A DNA stretch of 64,000 nucleotides, from assembly GCA_965199955.1 (NCBI GenBank), contig CBDATQ010000002.1, positions 517,694-581,693 of the forward strand, in the 5' to 3' direction. Numbering within the stretch: the first letter of the stretch is position 1; each line of letters opens with the position of its first letter. The position numbers and the translations under genes were made by a program. Under the pieces are notes generated by a model. It searched no databases. It was not told the origin of the DNA and saw only the letters and a list, made by a program, of their open reading frames with translations. Shown here piece by piece: positions 8,430 through 16,801 of this stretch. This DNA comes from Spirochaetia bacterium. GTDB lineage: Bacteria; Spirochaetota; Spirochaetia; SZUA-6; Bin103.

Positions 8430-9908
8430 ATGTCTTTCGATCAGATCACGGCGGCCGAGCCGATCGTGACGGCCGAGCCGTTGCTGCTGGACGACCGGCA
8501 GATGCGGGAATTCGTCACGCGCGGCTACCTGACGTTTCGTCTCGACCTTCCGGAGGCCTTCCACCGCCGGGTCCGGGAGCGCGCCCTGGGGGACATCCGC
8601 CGCTGCGAGGAGGCCGGCATCCGTTCGCCGCTCAACAACGCGTTGCCGCGCATACCCGAGCTGCGGCGGGTGTTCGACCATCCCCGCGTCGCCGGGGCGC
8701 TCACCAGCATCCTCGGCGCCGGCTACTACCTGCACCTGCACCGCCACGTGCACGACAACCGGCCCGGCAGCGACGCGCAGACCATCCACCAGGACAGCCT
8801 GTACAACAGCCGTTTCGCCGTGGACGGCAACCGCCGCCACCACCACTGCCGCTGGGCGATGGCCTTCTACTACCCGCAGGACACGGCGCTCGACATGGGC
8901 CCGAGCGCGGTGGCGCCGTGCTCGCAGTACCTGACCGAGGGAGCGGGGCTGGACGCCGAGCAGGCGCTCGAGGGGCCGGCCGGGACGGTCACGATCGTCC
9001 ACTACGACCTGTTCCACCGCGGCCTGGCCAACCGGAGCGGCGACACGCGGCTGATGATCAAGTTCCTGTTCGCGCGCATGGAGGAGCCGGTGCGGCCGAG
9101 CTGGAACGCGGCGCAGGCGGCGTGGCCGGAGGAGCCGGGCTCAGATGCCCGCGACCGGCAGCGGGTGTGGCGCCATCATTGGCGGTGGTTCCGCGGCGAG
9201 TCCGCCGCCAACGGTGACGCGGCAACGACGGCGGACGTGCGTGCCCTGGAGCGTGACCTGGACCACGCGGACGAGTGGCGTGGCTTGGCCGCCGCCTACG
9301 GGCTGGGCGCCGCCGGCGCTGCCGGTGCTCCCGCCCTGCTGGCGGCGCTCACCGGAAGCGATCCGGTCGCGCGGCGGCGCGCCGCGTACGGGTTTGGGCC
9401 GCTCGGCGGGGCCGGCGTCGGCGGGCTGACGGAGGCCGCCGGGCATGACGACGCCGAGGTGCGCGCCCGTGCGGTGGATGTGCTGGGTGACGCGGGGCGA
9501 GCCGCCGGCGTCGCGGTGCCGGCGCTCGGCGCGCGCCTCCGCGACGAGTCGTCCGACGTGCGCGCGCTGGCCGCCGATGCGCTGGGAATCGCCGGACAGG
9601 GCAGCACCGCGGGTGGGGAGGCGGCCGCCGGCCGTGCCGCCGGGGAGCTCACCACGGCCATGGAGGATGCAGACGCGGTCGTGCGGCGCAACGCCGCGCT
9701 GTCGCTGGCCCGCCTGGGACCCGCGGCGGCGGGCGCGGTGCCGGCGCTCGAGCGGGCCCTGGACGAGGAGGACCACTACGTGCGCGGCTATGCCGTGCAG
9801 GCGCTGCGCCGCGTCGCAACGCCGGGCGCCACGGCCGCGCTGCTGCACCACCTGGAGACCGCCCGCTGGGACCCGCGACAGGACGCCCTGGGCGCCGGCG
9901 CCGCGTGA
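8430..9908 (+). CDS. PhyH-family Fe(II)/2OG dioxygenase fused to C-terminal PBS-lyase HEAT-like repeats
   Basis: Strong GGAGGAG Shine-Dalgarno upstream of the ATG. The N-terminal domain carries the H-x-D...H iron-binding pattern (IHQDSLY...VHYDLFHRG). The C-terminal half has repeated ...D.d..VRa.AadALG.aG... HEAT-like units. Confidence 0.7.
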   Translation: MSFDQITAAEPIVTAEPLLLDDRQMREFVTRGYLTFRLDLPEAFHRRVRERALGDIRRCEEAGIRSPLNNALPRIPELRRVFDHPRVAGALTSILGAGYYLHLHRHVHDNRPGSDAQTIHQDSLYNSRFAVDGNRRHHHCRWAMAFYYPQDTALDMGPSAVAPCSQYLTEGAGLDAEQALEGPAGTVTIVHYDLFHRGLANRSGDTRLMIKFLFARMEEPVRPSWNAAQAAWPEEPGSDARDRQRVWRHHWRWFRGESAANGDAATTADVRALERDLDHADEWRGLAAAYGLGAAGAAGAPALLAALTGSDPVARRRAAYGFGPLGGAGVGGLTEAAGHDDAEVRARAVDVLGDAGRAAGVAVPALGARLRDESSDVRALAADALGIAGQGSTAGGEAAAGRAAGELTTAMEDADAVVRRNAALSLARLGPAAAGAVPALERALDEEDHYVRGYAVQALRRVATPGATAALLHHLETARWDPRQDALGAGAA

Positions 9909-9993
9909 ACGCCGTCTGAGGAGCCGCGCGCCCGGGCGGCCGGATCTCTCGCACCACATCGTCACCAACCGGCGCGTTCGGCCGGACGGCAGA

Positions 9994-10860
9994 GTGGATG
10001 CGTGGCATCCGCGGCCGGACCCCGCGGGCGCGATCCGTCACGCAATGGTCCCGTTCGCGGCGCTGGGCCGCGGTGACCACCGGCCGGTGCCGCTGCAGGT
10101 CGACGTTCTGTGCGCGGCGGTCCGCGCGGATCTGCGGCGGCAGGGTGACGAGCACCGCGACGTGCTGTTCTTCATCCACGGACACCGGCTGTGGCTGCCG
10201 GGGCTGCGGCTGGGACTGCTGCGCGAGCTCCACGACCGCTACGTCGCCGGACCGCGGGGGCCGGTGGGGGTGGTCGTCTTCTTCTCCTGGCCGGACCGCG
10301 GCTGGCCGTGGTCGGAGGATGACGAGGCGTACGCGTACGGAGGCGCCTTCTTCGCGCGGGGGGCCGGCCTGCTGGCGGCGCTGAGCGATGCCGCCGGCGG
10401 CCGGATGCACCTGCTGGTGCAGTCGTTCGGCCATCACCTGCTGGCCGGCATGGTCGCCCGGGCGGTCGCGGAGGGGCACGATCGGCCTCCGTTCCGGAGC
10501 TGCCTGCTGGCCGGCGCCGAAGTCCCGCAGGCGTCGATCGGCTCCGGCGGTGTCACCCTGACCAGCCGCGGCGATGCCGGCCGGAGCTACCGGTTCGACC
10601 AGTTGCACCGTCTCGCGGAGCGGACGGTCGTCTACTACGACCCGCGCGACCGGATCCTTCCCGCCGCACGGACGCTGATGATGAACCGCTACCCGCGCCT
10701 GGGGCGGCTTGGCTGCGCCGGGCTGGAGGTTCCCGACCACATCACCTGTCAGGACGTGAGCGAGGCCGGCGACCTGCCGCGCTGGCCGCTGGCACGCCAC
10801 CGCGCCTTCATCACCTCGCAGTCGGTCGCGGAGATGATGGCGGCTCAGATCCGCGGCTGA
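9994..10860 (+). CDS. alpha/beta hydrolase (DUF900-like; QSFGH nucleophile motif)
   Basis: FFIHGHR...LLVQSFGHHLLAG resembles the DUF900 esterase family. Start uncertain: conserved-looking HIVTNRRV lies upstream in frame, but no ATG/GTG/TTG precedes it after the upstream stop. GTG at 9994 is the first canonical start; ATG at 10045 is an alternative. Confidence 0.5.
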   Translation: MDAWHPRPDPAGAIRHAMVPFAALGRGDHRPVPLQVDVLCAAVRADLRRQGDEHRDVLFFIHGHRLWLPGLRLGLLRELHDRYVAGPRGPVGVVVFFSWPDRGWPWSEDDEAYAYGGAFFARGAGLLAALSDAAGGRMHLLVQSFGHHLLAGMVARAVAEGHDRPPFRSCLLAGAEVPQASIGSGGVTLTSRGDAGRSYRFDQLHRLAERTVVYYDPRDRILPAARTLMMNRYPRLGRLGCAGLEVPDHITCQDVSEAGDLPRWPLARHRAFITSQSVAEMMAAQIRG

Positions 10861-11900
10861 GCGGCGCGCTCCTGCCACGCCCGGTGGCGGGCGTAGCTGT
10901 GCCGGAACTCGCGGGTGGCCGCGAACGCGGGTGGCAGAGGGCGGCCGCCCGGCAGGCTGAGCCACAGGCGCAGCATCAGCCGGCCGGCGCCGCCGCCGGC
11001 ATCCGCGAAGGCGGAGCGGGCGTGCAGGACGTCGTAATTGTTGGCGACGAGCACGTCGCCCGGATGCATCGCGAACTCGAGGGCCAGCTCGTCGCAGGCC
11101 GCGTCCAGCAGGTCGAGCGCCGCCCGCTGCTCGGAGGTGAGCGGCGGCACCTCCGCGAAGCGCTGCGCGGAGTCGATGTACTGCCGCTTGTAGAGCGTGC
11201 AGAGCCGTTCCCGGTGGAAGTTGAAGATGGGTACCGTCTGAACCCGTGGGGCGCCGGCGGCCTGCTGGCCGCGCAGGTCGAAGTGGAACGGCTGCTGCAG
11301 GACCACGGCCAGATCGGGAGCTTCGCGCACGATGCGGTTGAAGGCGGCGACGCTGGAGACGATGCGGCTGCGTCCGCCGCGCGCGGCCGTGCGCACGCAC
11401 AGCAGCATGAAGACGTCGGCGCCGTCGTTGTGGAAGGTCAGGTCGCGGCTGGTCTGGAAGTAGCGGACGTCGCCGTCGCCGATGTCGCGGCCGGTGTCCT
11501 GCACGCGGTGCAGGAGCAGCCCGTCGCGGTCCTGCGGCTCGGCGGCGCCGAGGTGCGTGCCCAGCCCCCAGAGCAGCAGCTCCAGCTCCCGGTCGGTGTG
11601 CTCCGCGACCGGGAAGCCGCGCAGCAGCACGACGCCCCGCCCCCCTTCCAGGCGTCCGGCGATGTCGTCGCAGAGCCCGGCCACGGTCGGCAGCGGGAAG
11701 TCGCGGCGCGTCACGGCGAACGGCATGTCTCCGTCCGTCGCCCGGCGCGCGGCGGCTCCGGCCGCGGCCAGCTCCGCTGCCTGCGCGGGCGACAACTCGA
11801 TCACCCAGTCGTCGCTCCCGGCCAGCGCGGCTCCGTCCCACGCCGCCGGCGCAGGCAGGGGCTCGCGCAGGAACTCCTCGCCCCGATCCGCTTCGCTCAT
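10845..11900 (-). CDS. TauD/TfdA family Fe(II)/2OG dioxygenase
   Basis: Start at internal MSEADRGEEF... Motifs ...FHNDGADVF... and ...NYDVLHAR... fit the TauD-like fold. The start codon overlaps the stop of the upstream GH140-like gene (TGATG). Confidence 0.75.
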   Translation of the reverse strand: MSEADRGEEFLREPLPAPAAWDGAALAGSDDWVIELSPAQAAELAAAGAAARRATDGDMPFAVTRRDFPLPTVAGLCDDIAGRLEGGRGVVLLRGFPVAEHTDRELELLLWGLGTHLGAAEPQDRDGLLLHRVQDTGRDIGDGDVRYFQTSRDLTFHNDGADVFMLLCVRTAARGGRSRIVSSVAAFNRIVREAPDLAVVLQQPFHFDLRGQQAAGAPRVQTVPIFNFHRERLCTLYKRQYIDSAQRFAEVPPLTSEQRAALDLLDAACDELALEFAMHPGDVLVANNYDVLHARSAFADAGGGAGRLMLRLWLSLPGGRPLPPAFAATREFRHSYARHRAWQERAAQPRI

Positions 11901-13594
11901 CACCTTCTCCTCGCCTTCGTCGTCTCCAGCACCAGCACCCAGTCCTGGATGATCGGCGGGCGCGGCGGCTGCCAGCGGCCTCCGCCATCCGGCGCGGCCG
12001 TCCCCGCGTCGTGATCGCTGCCGCGGCGCGGGTCGAACCACGACGCCCGGTAGCGGGCCCCTGGCTCGATCCCGCAGACCGTGACGATACAGCGGGTGGG
12101 GACGAAGATCACGCGCACCTCGCCCGGGATCCCGGCGGCCAGGGGCTTGAGGGTGGACGCGAGCGGGTCGTAGTAGTGCCCGCCGGCCCACGTGATCCAC
12201 TCGGCATGCGGCAGGAACCGCCACCAGCGATAGCGTTCCAGCAGCCGCTTGCCGAGCCCCACCTGGGCGGAGCCCGGGAACCCCATCGCTACGTCCCACG
12301 GATCGTCGTCGAACGCGTCGCCGAACACCCGCGGGTCGTGGCCGAACGGCTCCTCGCGGGTGTTCACCTGCCAGATGCCGCTGGCCCCGTAGGTGTGGCC
12401 GGCGGCGCCGCGGAGCATCGATCCCCAGAACAGCAGGCGCTGCACGTTCTCCCAGTTCCAGCCGCCTTCGCCTTCGTAGCAGCCTTCGCCGAGCAGCCGC
12501 GGCAGGCGGGGGCAGGCGTCCAGGCGGGCATCGAGCTCCTGCATGACCCGCGCTGCCGTGATCACGTCATGCAGGCCGCACTGCGCCATGTCCAGGTCGA
12601 GCAGCGACGCGTCCTCCACCAGGTCGAGCGACCAGCTTCCGGAGCTGGGATGGATGGAGACGGGGCGGCGGTACGGATCTGTGGAGCGAACGTAACGGGT
12701 GATGGACGTCCACTCGGCGCGCGCCGTGCGCTGGTGCTCGAGCAGCCGCTTCGAGGACGGTTCGGCGGGAGCCATCCGGGCGCGGTGCAGGTCGCCCCAC
12801 AGCTCCGAGGTGTAGAACGGCATGAGCGCCTCGCCAGCGATGCACCACACCACCGGCCAGGCGCCGTAGCGGGCGATTATGGTGCGCCAGTGCCGGCGCA
12901 GCACCTCGGCGCCGGCGAACTGCATGAAGTAGCCCCAGGAGCCGACGATGGCGGGCACCATGCCCAGCTCGACCACGTGCTCGATGCGCCGGTCGGCGGC
13001 GTCGAACCAGGCGGAATTGAGCGCCGCGAAGTCCTGGCTCCAGGGAAAGCCGGCCTCGTTGGCGCCGCGCGGGTCGAACGGCGGCATGTCCGGGTAGAGG
13101 CCGGCGACCAGCAGCGCGACGGAGAAGCCCTTGCCGGCGCGATCGGCGGCCAGCCGCTGGAAGTCCTCGGGCCAGCGCAGGCGCTGCACGAGCCCCATCC
13201 ACCAGGTGTCGGCCAGCCACAGGAACGGCGTCCCGTCGGCGTGCTGAAGGTGCCGGGCACCGGGCTCCGCGCGCCGCAGCGGCCCATGCCGGTAGAGCGG
13301 GTTGGCCTCATCGCGAGCCGGCTCGACCTCGATCACGCCGGTGCGGCCGTGCAGCGCCGGGTCGCCCGGGTCCGAGCAGCGGGTGACGAACCGGTGCCGG
13401 CCGACCGCCGGCGAGGCGTAGCGTACGCCCCAACGCCCCTCGCCGGCCTGGAACGCCGGTATGGTCAGCTCCCGGCCGTCGGGACCGGTGACCAGGACAT
13501 CCAGCTCGACATCGGACGCATCCGAGCCTGAATGGTCGGAGGTGTACTCCCAGGAGCACACCCGGTTCTGCGTGATATGGAGACGCTGGTTCAT
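11900..13594 (-). CDS. DUF4038/GH140-like glycoside hydrolase
   Basis: ...FLWLADTWWMGLVQRL...GFPWSQDFAALNSAWFDAADRRIEHV...GMVPAIVGSWGYF... resembles DUF4038 (GH140 apiosidase-like) proteins. Start set at MNQRLHITQN. Confidence 0.6.
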   Translation of the reverse strand: MNQRLHITQNRVCSWEYTSDHSGSDASDVELDVLVTGPDGRELTIPAFQAGEGRWGVRYASPAVGRHRFVTRCSDPGDPALHGRTGVIEVEPARDEANPLYRHGPLRRAEPGARHLQHADGTPFLWLADTWWMGLVQRLRWPEDFQRLAADRAGKGFSVALLVAGLYPDMPPFDPRGANEAGFPWSQDFAALNSAWFDAADRRIEHVVELGMVPAIVGSWGYFMQFAGAEVLRRHWRTIIARYGAWPVVWCIAGEALMPFYTSELWGDLHRARMAPAEPSSKRLLEHQRTARAEWTSITRYVRSTDPYRRPVSIHPSSGSWSLDLVEDASLLDLDMAQCGLHDVITAARVMQELDARLDACPRLPRLLGEGCYEGEGGWNWENVQRLLFWGSMLRGAAGHTYGASGIWQVNTREEPFGHDPRVFGDAFDDDPWDVAMGFPGSAQVGLGKRLLERYRWWRFLPHAEWITWAGGHYYDPLASTLKPLAAGIPGEVRVIFVPTRCIVTVCGIEPGARYRASWFDPRRGSDHDAGTAAPDGGGRWQPPRPPIIQDWVLVLETTKARRR

Positions 13595-13595
13595 G

Positions 13596-13937
13596 TCAGC
13601 GGCGCCCGCGACCGTCGTCCGGCCCATCGTCGGGGGGAAGGGTGACGAGCACGTCGACGCAATCTGGCTGGCGGCCGATCTCGACCACGCGGTTGACCCT
13701 GATCCCGCCGCAACGGCTGCAGCGGTGCACGAGCTGCGGCCGTCGGCCGCTGCGGCGCAGTCCGACCGGCCGCATCAGCCCGCCACAGCGGCTGCGGCGG
13801 TCACCGGGCTCCAGGTCGACGTGCAGGGAATACAGGCAGAACGGGCAGTGGTTGCGATAGCTGCCGTCGGTGGACGGCTGCACGTCGACGCCGCAGCGCA
13901 GGCATTGGAAGGGAGTGTTCTCCGTTCTGCGGCTCAT
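13596..13937 (-). CDS. RNHCP domain protein
   Basis: Contains ...CLRCG...YRNHCPFCLYSLH...CSRCGG..., the RNHCP zinc-binding signature. Start set at the internal M (MSRRTENTPF). Confidence 0.6.
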   Translation of the reverse strand: MSRRTENTPFQCLRCGVDVQPSTDGSYRNHCPFCLYSLHVDLEPGDRRSRCGGLMRPVGLRRSGRRPQLVHRCSRCGGIRVNRVVEIGRQPDCVDVLVTLPPDDGPDDGRGRR

Positions 13938-14045
13938 CGCAGCCGAAGCGCCCGAGCGGAATCGAACCGCCATCTCAAGCTTGGAAGGCTTGGGTATTGA
14001 CCGTTATACGACAGGCGCGACGCCAGCCCACGGTAGGGCCGCCCC

Positions 14046-14399
14046 GTGCTCCTGTCAACATCGTGCCCGGCGTGCTACGGTTGCCCCGTGGGTCAACGAG
14101 GCGAGCTGTTTTCGAGCCGAACGACGGTCGGCAATCGCACCTATTTCTTCAATGTGAAGGAAAACCGGGCGGGCGACATCTATCTCAACGTGGTGGAGAG
14201 CAAGAAGCGCGGGGACGATGCCAACTTCGAGCGCCACTCGATCATGATCTTCGAAGAGGACATGGGCGGATTCCTGGCCAGCTTCGACAAGGCGATCCGC
14301 TTCATCCGCGCCCGCGAGCAGACCCGCCGCGGCTGGCCAGGCACGTCCCGGACGTCCGACCCGGTCAACCCCGAAACCGAGCGTCGTAGGCGTCCCTGA
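14046..14399 (+). CDS. DUF3276 family protein (PurA-like nucleic-acid-binding small protein)
   Basis: ...NRTYFFNVKENRAGDIYLNVVESKKRGDD... matches the DUF3276 core. The real start may be the GTG at 14088. Confidence 0.55.
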   Translation: MLLSTSCPACYGCPVGQRGELFSSRTTVGNRTYFFNVKENRAGDIYLNVVESKKRGDDANFERHSIMIFEEDMGGFLASFDKAIRFIRAREQTRRGWPGTSRTSDPVNPETERRRRP

Positions 14400-14966
14400 T
14401 CCTGGCCAGCGTGTCGGCGGGCAGCGGGTTGCCGTCGGAGATCAGCGCGTTCGCGCGCAGGTGGCCGGGGTCGGTGGTGCCGACGATGGCGGTGCTGACG
14501 TCGGCCCGCGACAGGGTGTAACGCAGCGCGAACTCGACCAGGGGCATCTCTCCGGCAAGCTCGCGCAGCCCCAACCGTTGCGCCAAGTCCCAGCTTTCAC
14601 CGAAGCTGGTCGCCGGGCGCTCCGCTCTCAGGTAGGCGGCGTTGGCGATGGGCCGCTTGACGATCACGCCCATGCCGCGCTCGTGCAGGGCGGGCATCAA
14701 CTCCCGGTCGGCCTCCTGATAGAGGATGTTGTGTAGGTGAGCTCCTGCGCATCCAGCGGGCGCCGGCGTGCCTCCATGGCGGCAGCGGGACCGTCGCCGG
14801 AGACTCCGACGAAGCGCGCCCAGCCGCGCGACTTCGCCTTCAGAAACGCGTCGAAGGCCGCGTCGGCGTCGTAGTCGCCGCGGGGCAGCCGCGAGGACGG
14901 TCAGCGGCGCGGCGCGCCTGGCCGAGGGGAGCCGCCGCCCGAGCCGGTAGGACGGCACCGTGGACC
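14365..14966 (-). pseudogene. aldo/keto reductase remnant (frameshifted, internally deleted)
   Basis: The C-terminal AKR segment (...LMPALHERGMGVIVKRP...IVGTTDPGHLRANA...) is in the ORF frame. The upstream AKR segment (...AFDAFLKAKSRGWARFVGVSGDG...) is only readable in another frame, so the gene is frameshifted near 14745. The DYIDLY/HWPD block is missing. Confidence 0.5.
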
Positions 14967-15477
14967 AGTGGGTGCCCAACAGGGATGTCTCGGTGGACAC
15001 GGCATGGTCCGCCACCGTGGCGAGGGTCAACCGGTTGCGCGCCGTCTCGGACACCGCCCGGTTGCCCTCCATCCGTAGCGGTCCGAGCACGGTGAAGTTC
15101 AGCCACACCTCCTCGGGTCGCTCCGACTCCACGTCGTCGAGCAGCAACACCACGCAGGGCCTGAGGAACACGACGTGGCGGCGCACGCGGCGCGCGCGGT
15201 CGTACACGGCCGTCGCGTCGGCGGTGACCCAGTCGACGCCGGCGGGGTCGCCCGGACAGCGGTCGCCCGAGGTGCTCCGAAAATCGGTGATGGCGGTGTC
15301 GTAGGCGATCAGGCCGCCGTGCTGGTCGCGACCGCCGACGGTGATCGTGTTGTGGCACGCGGTGCCCTTGTAGAGGGCACCCGACGGGTCGGGCGAGCGG
15401 AGCGAGCCCCACTCGAAGAGTGGCCGGCCTCCAGGTGCAGCAGCAGCTTGCCGATCCAGGCACCAAAGGCGCGCCAC
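14967..15477 (-). pseudogene. heparinase II/III family C-terminal fragment fused in frame to the AKR remnant
   Basis: ...LFEWGSLRSPDPSGALYKGTACHNTITVGGRDQHGGL...VWLNFTV... is the Hepar_II_III C-terminal beta-sandwich signature. The N-terminal alpha-toroid domain is absent. Confidence 0.5.
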
Positions 15478-15490
15478 CGATTTCGGATCG

Positions 15491-16747
15491 TCACTGTACC
15501 CAGATTACGCGGTTCGTCAGGATGTCCATGAGGCTGTCGCCCGCGGGCCCCTCCTGGTAGAGGATGCCGGGGGAGGCGGGCGGCGGCACGATCCCCAGGG
15601 GGCGCTCCAGGTGGGGGAACCAGTGCGCCGTGTCCGGATCGGTCGTGCTCAACTGCTCCATGGCGAAGGTGGCGCCGCCGTCGGCGGACACGAAGCGCAC
15701 GACCTCACTGGCCGCATCGCCCCAGGGAGCCTTGTCGGCAACGTCCTCGGTGGTCGCGACTCCGACCAGCCGGCCCGCGGCGTCGGACACGACGCTCGGC
15801 GCCAGCCCGAAGCAGCGTCCCGGCTCCAGTTCCACCTGCTCGTTCAGGACGATGCGGCGCCAGCTCCCGTCGCCCGCGGGCGTGCACACGGTGTTGGTGC
15901 CCTCGCCGGCCGACCACGTGCTGTAGACCAGCCACGGCGTGCCGTCCGGGGCCACCGCCAGCGCCCCGGCCTGCAGGGCGCTCCCGTAGTCCAGGCCGCC
16001 GGCGGCGATCACGTCGACGGTCTCGGCCGTCACGGGCAAGGCCACCTGCGTCCCGTCCGAGCGCTGCCAGGTGCGCCCGGCGTCCGGGCTGAACAGGTAG
16101 CCGACGGTCTGAATGCGGCCGTAGGCCTCGGCGTCCGACTTCTCGTGGAATCGGATCGTCATGTGCAGGCCCACGCGGTCCGGGGCCCACGCGTAGGACT
16201 CGCCGAAGTGGGCGTAGTTGGGATGGCGCGAGCTCGCGAGGACCAGCGGCTCGCTCCAGGAGCCGCCGGGGCTCTTGCGCAGCAGGTGCAGATCCCAGGG
16301 CCGGTCATGTCCGAGCCTGCGCTCACGCGTCAGGAAGCTCTGCCGGCAGCTCAGCAGCAACTCGTCATCGGCGCCCACGGCGAGCTTCGGGTAGCTGTAG
16401 CCGTCGCCGATCAACTCCTCGTCCGTCCACTCCGAGGCGTCGTTGGGGCGCAGGGAGCGGCGGTAGCGGATCGCGTGGTGGTGCGGGTAATAGGCGACGT
16501 GCAGGTACCCCTGGCTGTCGTTCACCAGCGCCGGACCGCCGTGGTTGTCGTACGCCTCGCCGATGGTGTGCGTCTCGGACCAGGTGCCGCTGGCGCGATC
16601 GAGGGTGCGGATCCGCACCCGGAACCCGTCGGCGACCGAGTCGAGCCAGGTGACGTGCACGGCGTCGTCGAGGGTGACGATCTTGTTCTCCTGCGGGTAC
16701 GCAGTGGAGCGACCGCACCCATGCGCGGAGAGAAGCTGACCTGCCAT
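15491..16747 (-). CDS. BNR repeat-like (BNR_4 family) putative glycosidase
   Basis: 418-aa ORF with beta-propeller-like repeats (...SADGGATF..., ...SPDAGRTWQ...), resembling BNR_4 proteins of polysaccharide-utilisation loci. Confidence 0.6.
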   Translation of the reverse strand: MAGQLLSAHGCGRSTAYPQENKIVTLDDAVHVTWLDSVADGFRVRIRTLDRASGTWSETHTIGEAYDNHGGPALVNDSQGYLHVAYYPHHHAIRYRRSLRPNDASEWTDEELIGDGYSYPKLAVGADDELLLSCRQSFLTRERRLGHDRPWDLHLLRKSPGGSWSEPLVLASSRHPNYAHFGESYAWAPDRVGLHMTIRFHEKSDAEAYGRIQTVGYLFSPDAGRTWQRSDGTQVALPVTAETVDVIAAGGLDYGSALQAGALAVAPDGTPWLVYSTWSAGEGTNTVCTPAGDGSWRRIVLNEQVELEPGRCFGLAPSVVSDAAGRLVGVATTEDVADKAPWGDAASEVVRFVSADGGATFAMEQLSTTDPDTAHWFPHLERPLGIVPPPASPGILYQEGPAGDSLMDILTNRVIWVQ

Positions 16748-16801
16748 TCGAACCTCCTGTGCGCGATCGAATCACGCGCCCATTACGTTACCGCGGATGG
16801 A

